In this document: positions 40,443 to 55,361 of the stretch, piece by piece
How the letters are laid out: each line of letters starts with the position of its first letter
Position numbering within the stretch: position 1 is the stretch's first letter
NCBI RefSeq assembly: GCF_006345805.1
Contig: NC_043013.1
Location: 39,122,001 to 39,186,000 of the forward strand
Origin: Octopus sinensis
Lineage: Eukaryota
Reading direction: 5' to 3'
DNA length: 64,000 nt
The notes under the pieces: generated by a model
Database searches by the model: none
Seen by the model: only the letters and a program-made list of their open reading frames with translations
Told to the model about the DNA's origin: nothing
Translations under genes and position numbers: made by a program

Positions 40443-40776
40443 GCAAAATTAAAATATTACAAAAGTAGAAAAGAAATTTATAATTTAATTTTCCTTCTAA
40501 TTCTAAAGAATAATGATGTTAAGAATAGAGATTCAGAAAGTATAAATACACTATTAATAATCAGGCAATAATCTGATAGCTCTGTGTCGGCAAGAATTGA
40601 ACAAATATGGAAATACGTTCTGACATCAAATCCCGCCGAGTTCGACTTTTCCTTTTTTAATAGATAAATTAAGTACCAGTTGCGTACTGAGGTCGATCTA
40701 ATCGACTGGCACCCTCTCCAAAATTTTCGGGCCTTGTGCCTAGAGTAAAAAGGAATATTTTAATTTTTCTAATATA

Positions 40777-42684
40777 TTGAACCACAAAAGTAACGTCGCA
40801 CACATACTAAATAGAAACCGGTTTATTAACAGACTGCCATAGCATTGATTGAAGAGTGCTAATTAAGAAACCATTCTTTCCTAATGATGAAACGTCATTT
40901 CCTGAAACGAGTTTGACGTCACATGATGTCAGGTGATGACAGAGTGTCCTGGATCCAAAGAGATGAACTCAATATCTCGTTTGACCACCGTTAGCATTGA
41001 TTACCGCCAGTCATCTTCTATTCATTGAATGTACCAAACGATGGGGGATAGCAGCCTACAATCTGTTATAACTTGCAGTGAGTTGTGCCGTAGTTGTCGA
41101 CCTTGGACGGATGCCATTTAGCCTTTTTTTTTTTGGATTTCGTCCCACAGGTGCTCTATGGGGTTCAAGTCTGGATTTAGAGCAGACCATAGCAATGTCT
41201 CGATGTTGTACTGTTGGAGGAAGTTTGTTGTCAAAACAGGCAGTATGGGTAGGGCGTTGTCGTGTTGAAGCACGTGATTCCGATGACGGGCAAAATATGG
41301 CACACTTGGTCGATGTGGCGAGCAGCGGGTGCTCCATTTTCCCGGCTTTGGCAGATTTTTTGGAAGACCACCGGTCCAAGTTTCTGGTTGAGTGCAATCC
41401 TACCCCATACCATGATGCTCTGTCCTCCTCATGAGTTTCTCTCCACCACACAGCCATCGGCATGACGTTCACTCTTTCTCCAAATCCTAGCTCTTCCATC
41501 TGCCACAGAAACGCAATATCGAGTTTTGTCAGAGAATACCACAGTCCTCCACTGCTGATATCGCCAGTTCTGACATTCTTGAGCCCACTGCAGACGTGCT
41601 CGTCGATGACGATTTCTGAGAATTGGGGGCCCTAGCCGGACGTCGACAAGACAAATTGAAAGATCTCAGCCGACGGCGAACTGTTTCTGTACAAATGGAT
41701 CTGTGCTGAGTCCCTATGGTCAGCCTAGATCATTTCATTGCCCTCCGGAATCGGTCCTGGAAGTGCTGTCGGTGCAGATGGCGATCTTGACGTGCCGTTG
41801 TAACCCTCAGTCGGCCACAGCGTGGACGATTATCCGTACTATTTGTGGCATTGTATCGTTCCCTCAGCCGCTCTATTGTCCGAATACTGCAGTTCAAGTC
41901 ATATACAATGGATGGAAGCACTCCGTCGGTTACGACGACGAGGGTTCCGGTCGATCCGAATCAACGAAACAGCCTGCTCGTGAAATTAACGTGTAAGTGG
42001 CTGAGCACTCCACAGACACGTGTACCCTTAACGTAGTTCTCGAGGATATTCAGCGTGACACAGAGAGTGACAAGGCCGGCCCTTTGAAATACAAGGTACA
42101 ACAGAAACAGGAAGTAAGAGTGAGAGAAAGTTGTGGTGAAAGAGTACAGCAGGGTTCGCTACCACCCTCTGCCGGAGCCTCGTGGAGCTTTAGGTGTTTT
42201 CGCTCAATAAACACTCACAACGCCCAGGTCTGGGAATCGAAACCGCGATCCTATGACCGCGTGTCTGCTGCCTTAACCACTGGGCCATTGCGCCTCCACT
42301 CATATACAATGACTCATGGACGTTGACCAGCATAGAGACGTCCGATGGCTTATCCCCTCTCATTTCGTGTCAGTCTTGGCAAGCTTGCTGCATTCGGGAA
42401 ATGAATGGCAGGCTGATAAATTTGGGTGCCTTTTATACCCAATGAGTCAACGCTTTGCACGAGCATCATAAAGAGGCGGTCGCGAACGTTAACATGCTCA
42501 CGAAAAAATGAAGGAGTTCGAGCCCTATATGTAATACTTGTGTTTTCAAAAGTGAGTGGTGTTGTGTGTCGGTGACATCCTCCTGATGTCAAATTACCTA
42601 GAAATGTGATAAAATCCATATAATCTCAATATCGCGTGAGAAACAAATAATCTTTTACAGTACGGCGTTTCGCTTGAAGTTCAG
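40777..42684 (-). mobile_element. Degenerate near-full-length Tc1-like transposon interrupted by a SINE
   Basis: N-terminus (L)PRLTRNERG*AIGRLYAGQ..DLNCSIRTIERLRERYNATNSTDNRPRCGRLRVTT, catalytic LQHDNALP and WSALNPDLNPIEHLWD. Weak TIRs TATA(C/T)TGAAC..AACG lie at both ends. Confidence 0.8.
41911..42299 (-). mobile_element. Family B SINE with 12-bp TSD
   Basis: TSD TCATATACAATG at 41899-41910 and 42300-42311. Confidence 0.92.
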
Positions 42685-42757
42685 TATATGATACAAGCAC
42701 GCACGCAAGCACCCACATACACACACGCGCGCACGCAAACATGTACGCACGCACACG

Positions 42758-42815
<58 letters not shown>

Positions 42816-43024
42816 AGACACACATATATATACACACAGACCGACATAGCTACACACACACAGACGTAACCTGGAAGGCATTTTTTTAAAAATCGTATAC
42901 ATACCCATCTTAAAATCAGGTGGACTTTCCACTAGAATAAAAAAGATAGAAAGAAAACTATTGTAAAGTTTGATTGTGATTTTTATATATTTTATTTTGT
43001 TAATATAATACACACATATATTGT

Positions 43025-43404
43025 GGAGGCGCAATGGCCCAGTGGTTAGAGCAGCGGACTCGCGGTCATAGGATCGCGGTTTCGATTCCCAGACCGGACG
43101 TTGTGAGTGTTTATTGAGCGAAAACACCTAAAAGCTCCACGAGGCTCCGGCAGGGGATGGTGGTGATCCCTGCTGTACTCTTTCACCACAACTTTCTCTC
43201 ACTCTTACTTCCTGTTTCTGTTGTACCTGTATTTCAAGGGCCGGCCTGTCACTCTCTGTGTCACGCTGAATATCCCCGAGAACTACGTTAAGGGTGCACG
43301 TGTCTGTGGAGTGCTCAGCCACTTACACGTTAATTTCACGAGCAGGCTGTTCCGTTGATTCGGATCAACCCGAACCCTCGTATCGTAACCGACGGAGTGC
43401 TTCC
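43025..43404 (+). mobile_element. Family B SINE
   Basis: Full-length. CACACATATA occurs on both flanks. Confidence 0.9.
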
Positions 43405-43650
43405 ACACACATATATACACACAGACCGACATAACTATATACACACACACACACATACACACACGTATCCAATTACGTCAGGAGATATTTTTCGAATGAA
43501 GAAAAGAATAATGAATAGTTTTTACTTACATTCTCCGGGAGATATCAAAGAAAGACATAACACTGAAATTAGAAAGCAAAAATTATAAATTGCGATGCTA
43601 TTTTTATTTTTCTGTATCGAAACTTCAATGAGACGAGGAAACAACTTCTA

Positions 43651-44929
43651 TTGGGTTGGCAACTAAGTTACCGCTATTTTTATAAATTTTGGAATTTATT
43701 GCGTTTTTTAATTTTGGAATCTATTTTTTTTCGAGAATTCTATTTTTGAATCCTTTTTGGAATCTATTTTTTTTTTTTTCTAGTTAATTTTAGTTAATTT
43801 TTGTTTATTTTCAGTTCATTAAATTGGAATGTCAAGTTAAGAAAACGAGCATTTTCGACACCTCCTCCTTTTTGCTTTTAATCAAGGTTCTAGGGCCGCA
43901 AAAGCTGCTCGCAACATTTGTGATGTGTATGGAGAGGGTGACATAGCTGAAAGAACCGCTCGTGGTTGGTATGCCAAATTGAAAAATGGAAATTTAGACC
44001 TCAAAGGCGCACCTCGTCCTGGCCGTCCAGTTGAGTTCGATGAAAAGCGATTAAACCAACTTGCACGAAAATTCTCGTCAAACGACATGGGAACTGGCAG
44101 AGAAAATGGAATGCTCCCACATAGCTATAGAAAAGCATCTTCGGTCGATGGGAAAGGTTCAGGAGTATGGAGCATGGGTTCAACAACAAAAATCAACGAG
44201 CCACAATTTCCGCTGTTTTGCTTGCTCGTCACCGCTCAACTCATGGACACAAGCAACGATTTCTTTACTGAATCGTTACTGACGACGAAGAATGGTGCCT
44301 GTACATCAATATGAAGCAGTGTAAGGAATGGCTTAGCCCCAGTAAACAAGAGACATCGCGCGTGAAACAAGATCTTCATCCGCGTAAAACGAGGTTGTGC
44401 GTATGGTGGGACTGGGAAGGGTTTATCCATTACGAATTGCTTGAACGGAACCAAGCGGTCAACGCGGAATTCTATGTTCAACAGATGGAACGACTCAACA
44501 CGGCTATTCAAGAGAAAAGATCTAATCGGCAGCATGGAGTTCTTCTGCTGGATGACAACTCCCGCCCTCATATCGCCAATATGACCAAGGAAGACATTGA
44601 AACGCATGGCTGGGAAGTGCTGCCACACTCGCCGTACCATCCTGATTTGACACCAACGGTTTTCCACCTCTTTCGATCCCTTTCAAATACTATGCGCGGA
44701 GTTTCGTTCAATACTGATGCAGAATTGAGAGCTTGGTTGGATCAATTCTTCGACTCGAAATCGGGTGATTTCTACCAATTAGGTATTGAAAATCTTGTTG
44801 AACGTTGGGAAGAAGTTGTAAACAACAAGGGTTAATACATTATTGATCAATTAGTTGTTATTTTTTTTATTAAACCTTTTAAAAATTTAAATTTAAAAGA
44901 AAACGGCGGGAACTTAGTTGCCAACCTAA
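43651..44929 (+). mobile_element. Full-length (1.28 kb) mariner element with disrupted D,D34D transposase
   Basis: TIRs TTGGGTTGGCAACTAAGTT and AACTTAGTTGCCAACCTAA, with TA TSDs. Transposase pieces ~43828-44835 contain TDDEEW, LLDDNSRPH and YHPDLTPTVFHLF (third D mutated), with stops and frameshifts. Confidence 0.93.
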
Positions 44930-44946
44930 TATTATCTTCTGAGTGT

Positions 44947-45333
44947 GGAGGCAAAATGGCCCAGTGGTTAGGGCAGCGAACTCGCGGTCATAGGATCACG
45001 GTTTCGATTCCCAGACCGGGCGTTGTGAGTGTTTATTGAGCGAAAACACCTAAAAGCTCCACGAGGCTTCGGCAGGGGATGGTGGTGATCCCTGCTGTAC
45101 TCTTTCACCACAACTTTCTCACACTCTTACTTCCTGTTTCTGTTGTACCTGTATTTCAAGGGGCCGGCCTTGTCACTCTCTGTGTCACGCTGAATATCCC
45201 CGAGAACTACGTTAAGGGTGCACGTGTCTGTGGAGTACTCAGCCACTTACACGTTAATTTCACGAGCAGGCTGTTCCGTTGATTCGGATCAACCGGAACC
45301 CTCGTCGTCGTAACCGACGGAGTGCTTCCATCC
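44947..45333 (+). mobile_element. Family B SINE with 16-bp TSD
   Basis: TSD ATTATCTTCTGAGTGT at 44931-44946 and 45334-45349. Confidence 0.92.
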
Positions 45334-46268
45334 ATTATCTTCTGAGTGTCTGAGAATACTGGATAGGAGAATTGTACTTTAGTTCAGAGTAGTAACCTTG
45401 ACTAAATGCTTTTAGCAGACAGGACTCTGCTGGAGTTCCTCAAGGGCCAAACGGTGACAGTTTAAAACTTCCTTCCAAGAACACGAGTAAAGCCCTTGAT
45501 AGATTTACAGATTATTCCAACCGAATTTCATTTATTGGGGCTTGACTGACTGGTGGTTGTGGTAAAATTTATTTGTCCAAGATATGAACAGCTGGATCGA
45601 ACCAAGGGCAACGTATTTGTGAAGCAGATTTTATAACCATAAATACATTCTTGCGGCTATATAGAAGATAGTAGACAATAATGTCACCAAACAGGTTAAT
45701 ACATTACTAATAAAACGCTACTTCTTGTAGAAATCATGATGACCACTGTATCAACAGCAAATGGTCACAACATCAATAACAACAAGCAATTTCATTTAAA
45801 GGCCTCAAAGTTGATTCAAATGCTTCACTTCATAATTTCGGGGAATTTCTCATAGCAACATCACATATATAACATTGCAACAATTGTATCAGATAAACTA
45901 GGCCACCTCTTCAGAAGCAAAATATAATAAGCTATTAGCGATCTACACAGTTCTGGCACCATACACATCTGAGTGTCACATATTCAAGACGAAGCATCAC
46001 AGAAAATGTTATGCAAGACTTTATATCACATATATTGCCAGGGTGATCTCCAGACAATTACTGTTAGGTGTAAGAAAAGCCCCCGTTTTCTTGCGAGGCG
46101 TAGATACGTTACCCTTTCCATCGCTCAACAGTTACGGAATTTGAGAGGTTAGAACCTGTTTTATATGAAATGCTACAGGCTTTTGTTTTAGATCTTTCAG
46201 CAAAATGTTTCATATGTAGAAATTTCTGGTTCGAAATACTTTTATGAAAATATAAATATAAATAAACA

Positions 46269-46308
<40 letters not shown>

Positions 46309-46734
46309 TATATATAATATATATCATTCACACACCGCAGTGTGTGAATAACATTCTTAAGGTCGGCTTTTACTCACCCCAGGCCAATTTAACGCTTTAC
46401 CACTAATAAGCTCGATCTTAATGCGATTTTTTGCACTATGATGGACCAATAGTTAGCTACATTTTGACATGAAATAATCGAAATTTAATTCAGTAGAAAA
46501 AAAATTATGATAAAAAATGTAGGGCCAAAAATGAAAGAGTAACGCCTAATATTTACAGTGACTCGTAATTTCTCAGTTATTTAAAAACAAAAAAATCTAT
46601 AATCATTACTATTAGAAAAAAATCAATGAGTAGAATCTTTTGGTGAATACCTCGTTAAAAGATATTAGATACAAAAGGTGATGTTGCTTTAAGTAACCAA
46701 AAATTAGTGCAAAAAAAACTGGTGCAAAAATGTG

Positions 46735-47330
46735 CAAGGCCGCAGTAAAGTCTCTATTACGAAGCAGCCACAAGAATTTGACAGCAAAGTGTCATGGGAG
46801 GCCTACCGAGTCCAGTTTGAGCTATTGTCTAACCAGAATGGATGGAACGATGGGCAAAGAGCATTTCAACTTGATTCTAGTCCAAAGAGTGCTGCGCTAG
46901 ACGTACTGAGTTAGTTGTCTGTTGAGGAAAGAAGCTGTTATTCTTCACTAGTTGAAGTGTTAGAGAGAAGATATGGCACCATGTGCCTGAAAGCCTTACG
47001 GACCCGCTTAAGCGCTAGAGTAGAATCACTACAAGAGCTTGCCCAGGAACTTTTGACTCTTCTAAAAGAGAAGTTTATCGACGCTTTGAGCAGTGTAGAG
47101 TTCAAAGTTCAAGTGAAACAAGCACGGCCGAATACTATGCAAGAGGCATTGGCTAGAGCTCTGGAATTTAAGTCGTATGTAAGGTCTGGCACAGAAAGAT
47201 TCCAAGTTAACTACAGTTCCGGATTCATAGCAAGGAAGGAGCCAGAATGTGAAGTAGGAAGCTTGAATGTAAGTTGTTGGTACTGCGAGAAGGTCGGACA
47301 TAAGAGAAAAAAACTGTTTGAATAACAAAG
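46735..47330 (+). mobile_element. Ty3/Gypsy gag relic
   Basis: KPQEFDSKVSWEAYRVQFE..NGWND, LVEVLERRYG, KFIDAL..VKQARPNTMQEALARALEF and the zinc knuckle CWYCEKVGH are present, with in-frame stops. Confidence 0.75.
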
Positions 47331-47574
47331 AACTGGAGAGGTTGAAATTAATTGTTGATAGTGTGGAAGCCAGGACACACGATGCAAGATTGTTACAACC
47401 TGAAGTTAGAGCAAAGGCAGACGGTAGTAAAAAGTTTACACTTAGGAGTGCTGGACATGGGGTGAAAAGGGACAGCTCAGTTTTGACAGACCTATACGAA
47501 AGAAGGACAGTAAGAAGGTAAGGAAAGACAAAGGAGAGTAGGAAAACTGGAAAGAGCTGGTGTTAAGAGACAAT

Positions 47575-48215
47575 ATGAAACAGCGAAAAGAATGTTTCAG
47601 CCTCGACAAACAAGCGACTCCGCAAAACAAGACCTTCATCCTCGAAAGACCACGTTGTGTGTATGGAATAGTGGAAGCACTCCGTCGATTACGACGATGA
47701 GGGTTCCGGTTGATCCGATCAACGGAACAGCCTGCTCGTGAAATTAACGTGTAAGTGGCTGAATACTCCACAGACACGTGCACCCTTAACGTAGTTCTCG
47801 GGGATATTCAGCGTGACACAGAGTGACAAGGCCGGCCCTTTGAAATACAGGTACAACAGAAACAGGAAGTAAGAGTGAGAGAAAGTTGTGGTGAAAGAGT
47901 ACAGCAGGGATCACCACCATCCCCTGCCGGAGCCTCGTGGAGCTTTAGGTGTTTTCGCTCAATAAACACTCACAACGCCCGGTCTGGGAATCGAAACCGC
48001 GATCCTACGACTGCGAGTCCGCTGCCCTAACCACTGGGCCATTACGCCTCCATGGTGGGACTTGGAAGGCATAATTCATTACGAATTTTTTGAGCGCAAG
48101 CAAACTCTCAATGCGGAACTCTACATTTAACAATTGCACCGACTCAACGAAGTAATTCAGCAAAAAAAAAAACATCGAATAGGCAAAATGGCGTTCATCT
48201 GCAACACGACAACGC
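47575..48215 (+). mobile_element. Mariner transposase fragment split by a family B SINE (47672-48052, minus)
   Basis: QDLHPRKTTLCV lies before the SINE and WWDLEGIIHYEF..LNAELY..HDNA after it. Same family as 43651-44929. Confidence 0.8.
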
Positions 48216-48615
48216 TGGTGTGTTTACGTCCCCGTAACTTAGCGGTTCGACAAAAGAGATCAATAGAATAAATACTCGGCTTCCAGAGAATAAGTCCTGA
48301 GGTCGATTTGCTCGACTAAAGGCGGTGCTCCAGCATGACCGCAGTCAAATGACTCAAACAAGTAGAAGAGTAAAGAGTAACCTATTTCTTTATTACCCAC
48401 AAGGGGCTAAACATAGAGGGGACAAACAAGGACAGACATAGGTATTAAGTCGATTACATCGACCCCAGTGCGTAACTGGTACTTAATTTATCGACCCCGA
48501 AAGGATGAAAGGCAAAGTCGACCTCGGCGGAATTTGAACTCAGAACGTAGCGGCAGACGAAATACCGCTCAGCATTTCGTCCGGCGCGCTAACGTTTCTG
48601 CCAGCTCGCCGCCTT
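48216..48615. mobile_element. Family A SINE 3' half (+, 48216-48380) tail-to-tail with a family C SINE (-, 48383-48615)
   Basis: Matches to the family A and family C consensus sequences. Confidence 0.85.
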
Positions 48616-49911
48616 TTAAAGAGTAAAGAGTAACCGTTTGTCAGTTCATTTTACTGTTAGATAAATCTAAGTTTTCCTCAGATAAATGTAAATGTCTCAG
48701 AGTTGATTATAACGAAAGAAAAGTAAAGATCATTTCTATAACATTGTATCATCAATAACAAAGAAACAAAAACGAATCTATATTTCAAAAATCTTAAAAC
48801 AATTTTTATTTGATACATGGGAATTTATGATAAAGCATTAGATTATTTTTATCGAATGTTATATTTAGCTGCAGAATTTTAAGCTCTTTTATTTTATTTT
48901 AGGTTTACGTAGTCGGTGAAAGATGGTGGATCAACAATGAATGGCTTGGTTTAATTAGCCACCCATTCAAATTTTATTTTAGCTGCAATATTTCAAGCTC
49001 TTTTCTTGTATTTTAGGTTTTTTTCTTGTCCTGTATTTTCCAGGTTTATTGAATACTTATGAATATTGTTATCCCTTGCTTGCATTTTTTATTCTATATA
49101 AATATAGTTGAAATTTACAAAAAATAACAAAAGACGAAGACAGGTGTATGAACAGCAAGCAGGTGTATTATTAGTTTGACGCTCGGGAAAGTGAGAAAGT
49201 CTTTTACGTTTCGAGCCTACGCTCTTCAACAAAAATGAATACGAGAAAATAAACAGGGAGCGAATGATATAAAAACTTGTGAATTTAGCGATCAAGCATG
49301 CAATATATATATATATATATATATAATATTATATATATATATATATAATACAAAATGGAACAAGAACGCAAAACATCCGGACAACTAGGTGATACAAAAA
49401 GGGACAACAAAACATCCAGATATTCGAAGCTTTCTATCCTCAGTCAAGAACCAGATCATCCTCGCAATTTCGGCTGATATATATATATATAGCAAACTCT
49501 ATGTTGGTTAAAATTTATCTGACATATTTTAACTGTTAAAATGTAAATTCATGACAGTTACTGCGAAGAAAAATTCTCTCTTGCGTTAAAAAGGCATAAA
49601 AACCTCATATATGTTCCAGAGTCACCACCTATCGGATTCCCAGAACATCGATGTTTCTAGCTTTAAAAAGCAGTAACAAAAAAAAACCCCAAAAAAACAG
49701 CAAAAAGCGCAACACAGTAGCGATAACAGAAATAACAGCAACATTTACAAAAATAAAAATAACTACAGCAACACCGTTAACTATAATGATAAAAGTGAAC
49801 TTACCAAAATAGGAAGCAAAATGTTTAAGATGTTTCGACATGGTTATCGTTTGTCACAATTCAATGCTAAGAAAGCCAAGAGCTAATATGAAATAGAGAA
49901 CATATTGCGCG

Positions 49912-49957
<46 letters not shown>

Positions 49958-50117
49958 GGGTGGAGCGAAGGTAGTGTAACTAAGGGACAGTTGTGTAAAT
50001 AAAAATGCAGCACATGCATATATTCATATCTGTGTATATATATACAAATACATACAGATACATATAGAAATATGCGCATATATATGTGTGTGTATGAGTG
50101 TATGTGCGTGCGTGTAT

Positions 50118-50155
<38 letters not shown>

Positions 50156-51529
50156 TCACACACATATATATCTATATATGAAACATATAGATATATATTT
50201 ATATGTATATGCATATATGTATATATTTATATATGTATACACACACAGTCATGCACACAAATATATGTTGCATATGTCAGCATGTGAGCCTTTTTGATGT
50301 ATAATTAAATGATTGATTTAATTTATATTATTTACTGGACTGACTTGTAATTGGCTATTTATGACCATTGGCTATTCACTCAAAAAAGTATATATAACGA
50401 AAATCAGATACATTAGATTTCCGATGCTCTTTCATAAATTTCTCCTCGACGGATTTCTTTCAAGCGGACTTTCTAAAGAAACCCAAGCTATTGTCAATTT
50501 ACGTGTCGCCAGGTCCTTTATGCAAGTTTAAAGAGGCTTAAAATGTGTGAACAACTGTTATGAAATACAATAAATTCACAAGTCAGAAACGTATGTGTGT
50601 TTGTGTTCCTAATCCTACTCGTTAAATGCAACATAGCACAACCTGTCGCAATGTCAGGTCGTCGGCTACTTAATCGGCAATTCTATCAAAACTCGTTGGT
50701 AAGAAGAGTGTTTATTGTCGGACACACTACATGACGAAAACAAAACCTTTTAAAGGGAGAATGAAGTTAATAGATTTCCATTCATTTATTATTAATATTT
50801 TTTTCGTTTCCAAAATGTTCGTTGCCTTTATAACCTTCTCAATGGATGTTGACTCTGTCCATTATCCGAGTTGCTTTCTCGATAACGGATAGAATCAAAA
50901 TCCACTGACAAGGTTACAAAAGCAACGGAAAGTTTGGAAAATAAAAAAATATAAACAAATGGAAATTGAATCGGAGAGTGTGTTAGATACTAAGGCATTA
51001 AGAAAATATGATTCTCTCCAAACATAAGAAAATTTACGTCAACACACAAATTTACATATAGAGTCTTGCAAACCAGATACAAAAACGAAGTTGATAGTAT
51101 CAACGGCTATCAAAAAGCGAAACCGATCTTCTTGTTTGCTTCTGGACTTGTTGGTCTTTCAGGTGAGAGCCTTAGTAGATAAATGCAAGCTGTTATTGGT
51201 TTTAAATGTTTGCACGGACATTGCCTACAGCCATTGTATTTAACATCTAGCATAAGATAATTTGTCTGCGATGAGTACTTATGGACAACATTCGAGAGAA
51301 CGTGAAAAAAATTTTTGTTTTCGAAAAGGTTCTCTCAGATTTCCTTTCCCCAAAAGGTTATTTAACGCAATATTTTCATGATACTATTAAAAGCAATACA
51401 CACACATATATATATATATATATACACACATACATACATGCATACTCAGACACAGGCACAAACACATACACACACACATACACAGACACGCACATATATA
51501 TATATACATACACATACACATACATATGC

Positions 51530-51574
<45 letters not shown>

Positions 51575-52044
51575 CATACGTTTTTCGATATCGTATATAT
51601 TTATATGCATATGAATACTTTATGTAGATTAAGTATGTAATCTATTAATTTCTTTTAACTTAGAAAGCTTTTTTTGTTTATGTATACAGGGCATGACATA
51701 TTTCTATACACATATCAAACGTCTATTCAATGAACCCGCCATCAGTATCGATTATTGGCTCGACGTGGTGATAAGGTTTTTAAACGATTAAATGGATTGA
51801 TAAGGTGATCTTTATTCATGTTGGCTCTAACGTTTCTACTAAAAGATGTCAATTAATCCTTGATATTTTGGGCATTATTGTTGGTCTCCTTCTCAACAAC
51901 ACCTCAGACTCAGTAGTCCAACTGGACAATATACCAACACTACAACATAAAAACTGACAATAAACATGTGACAAACAAGGTATAAGACAACGATCAAGCC
52001 ACAACCATCTGGGATATACCTGTTAAAGCAGACAAAGAAAACTC

Positions 52045-52930
52045 AAACAATAGCATGGATAGATTATAGGAAATCCTATGACATGATCCCACACTCATGG
52101 ATAAGTGAATGTTTGAGTCAATTCAGTATAGCAGACAACATAAGAGAATTAATTAGCTTTAGTATGAAGAAATTGAAAGTACATTTCTACTCAGGCGACA
52201 CACTCTTACGGAAAGTTAATATCAAAAGAGGAATTTTTCAGGGAGACTCGTTGTCTCCTTTAATATTTGTATTATGTTTGATCTCCCTTAGTTTATTATT
52301 AAGGAAATCAAAGGTAGGGTATCAGTTCAGAAATAGTAAAGGAAAAATTAACCATTTGCTCTATATGGTTGATCTGAAGCTTTTAAGTAAGAATGAAAAA
52401 GCGACAGATTCCTTAATACAAACTGTAAAACTCTTCAGTAAAGGTTTAGGCATGGAATTTGACATAGATAAGTGTGCAATATTAGTCATGAGGAGGGAAC
52501 ATGTGGTCAACAGCGAAGATATCCAATTATCCGATGGCTGAACATTAAAATCATTGAAATGAGGAGAGAGTTATAAGTATCTAGGAGTATTAGAATCTGA
52601 CAGAATACTAACTATAGAAATGAAATTGAAAATTGAGAAGGAGTACATCAAAAAGGTAAGGAAGCTAATGAAGTCAACGCTAAATGGTTCTAACCTGGTG
52701 AAGGTTGTAAATACTTGGACGGTATCATTAATTAGATACTCAGCAGCTTTTGTAGATTGGAAAAAAACTGAATAAGCAAAGCTAGACAGTAGTAGGAATG
52801 GAGGATTCCACTCAAGGGCAGGAGTAGTAAGATTATACCTACCTAGAAAGGAAGGTGGGAGAGGGTTGATATTAGTAGAAGATTGAGTGGAGTTAGCTAG
52901 AGTAGATATAGACTCCTATGTAGGTAATAG
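52045..52930 (+). pseudogene. R4/Dong-like reverse transcriptase fragment
   Basis: AWIDYRKSYDMIPHSW, KRGIFQGDSLSPLIF, INHLLYMVDLKL, GMEFDIDKCA, YKYLGVLE and NTWTVSLIRYSA are present, with stops. Confidence 0.85.
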
Positions 52931-53297
52931 AGAAGAAAAATCCTCTTATGTTTTTATAATTAAACATTATTAGGAATTAGGTGAAAATGATTATCAAAAT
53001 ATTTTATGTGTTACAAAAGTACAATCAATTTATTGAAGATAAATTTTGACAAGAAAATCTTGTATTGAACACCAAGGGTCATATGGACCCTGGTTGAGAA
53101 CCGCTATGCCAAACACTCGAATTCGATATTCCAGTAAGACCGTACCTCATTTACTGAAACGGATAAAAGTAAACATACACAAGAACACACACATAAAACA
53201 TACATACACATACGAACACACACACAAATATATTTTATATACATGTGTGTGTGAGTGTAAATATACAAATATGATTATACATACATGCACGCACACA

Positions 53298-53361
<64 letters not shown>

Positions 53362-53363
53362 AA

Positions 53364-53596
53364 TAAGGCGGCGAGCTGGCAGAAACGTTAGCGCGCCGAG
53401 CGAAATGCGTAGCCGTATTTCGTCTGTCGTTACGTTCTGAGTTCAAATTCCGCCGAGGTCGACTTTGCCTTTCATCCTCTCGGGGTCGATAAATAAAGTA
53501 CCAGTTACGCACTGGGTCGATGTAATCAACTCAATCCCTTTGTCTGTCCTTGTTTGTCCCCTCTATGTTTAGCCCCTTGTGGGTAGTAAAGAAATA
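53364..53596 (+). mobile_element. Family C SINE, near-consensus full copy
   Basis: AAGGCGGCGAGCTGGCAGAAACGTTAGC head, B box GAGTTCAAATTCC, central domain and GTAAAGAAATA tail. Confidence 0.9.
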
Positions 53597-55361
53597 TATA
53601 TATATATATGTATGTATATGTATATATAAGTATATTGACAAATAAAAGAAACAAATATATTTGATATGATTTATTAATGAGATTTCCGTACGTAGGTACA
53701 ATAACATTGATTAAACGTTGCAGTATAACAATCTATCTTCAACATTGTTCACATGGATATGAATTATTCATAAAGAAGCCATTAATATTAAGGAGCATGT
53801 CGTTAGGTGCTCTGCAGAATCGTTAGCACTCCGTCTTTATGCTTTGAGTTCGAATTCCTCCGAGGTCGACTTTTACAATTCATTCTTTCGGGGTCTACAA
53901 AATCGGTTAACCGAACATTGGGATCGATGTAATCGGCTTACTTCCATCCCCGAAATAGCTGGTCTCGTGCATGTTTTGACTTTCAGAGAATTATAACATT
54001 TCGTAAAGATTTCTTTCGAAGATGAATGAAACCAGTCTTCAATGGAAAGTGATGTATGGGAGAAAATACGAGGAATAAGGTCTTATGGGGGAAGAACTAC
54101 AAGAATAAAAGTGGCCGAAAACCCAGAAGGGAAAAAAGAATAAGAAACGTCTTCAGTCAATGTTCTCTAGCTTTTTTACCTTCTTCATTTTGAAACTGCA
54201 ACCCACGTTTAAAAGAAACATGGATGCTTGTAAAATTAGATATAAATTTAGATTTAAAACCAAAAGATAATTCTATTGGTAAATTATAATGAATTTTAAT
54301 TCCAGTATAGGACAGAGGTTAGGATTGGTCAAACCAATTATTGGCACACATCGTATGGGAACAAAATAGTAAATAACTCATTTTTTCAAGATGCGAATAT
54401 TTAATATTTGAATTTTTAAAGACACACGCCGGGCCACACGGTTGTGTTGTGCTGTACCGTTTTAGAATCATTGCTGAAGATAAATAGGTAAAAGAAAAAA
54501 GCTAAGGTCAACACCGGAGAGTTACTGAATATTTTTATTAATAAAACTAAAAACTTTAATGAAAACAGCCATAATTTTCTCTTACTGCGAGGATGAAAGA
54601 CAATATTTTGAGTTTCGGTTGTGGAAAGAAAGCGAAATATAACGTGCCTGCTTTAAACTTTCGTTAGTCACCTGATCTTTCCGAACATGGTTAGTCACCT
54701 GGGATATTTACATACCCCCAATACAAAAATGTTTATAATTTTAGTATTATGTGAAATATTCTCATTTTATCGGTTCAGGGTATATCTGCACTCACTGCTG
54801 AGAAGTTTGAAACCCTTGTAATTAATTGATATTAATATAGAAGATTACAATAAAATTAATTATAAAATTAAAAAAAAACTAAAAAATCTTAAATTCAGGT
54901 CACATTTATTTTGAAAATACCCACAGAATACACAATTTGATGGTATTTCTTAACATCCATGATTAATACTAACATTAAAAACTAACAGAACAGGCAATCT
55001 CTGTCACAATATGCATTAAACCAAAACTTGAACTGTGTTAGTTACATGGGATGACTAGACAAAAACAACGTCTACCTCCCACGACAACGGAGCCACGACT
55101 GCGTCACACCACCTCACCGAGTCAGAAAAGAGCAAAAAAAAAAAGTTGACAATTACAAATTATGAGCATTTAAAAAAGTTTAAAGAATTACATACGCAGA
55201 GGAGAGATTCAATTAGGGGACCTATCTATAACGTTCTGCTCACATATGAGATCCAAAATATTGATGACAATAATGTCCGTTGATAAACAACGTTTTGAAA
55301 GGATTCCTTGAATTTCAATTCTCTTAAAACACACAATTCTTCACAATATTAAAATAAGATA

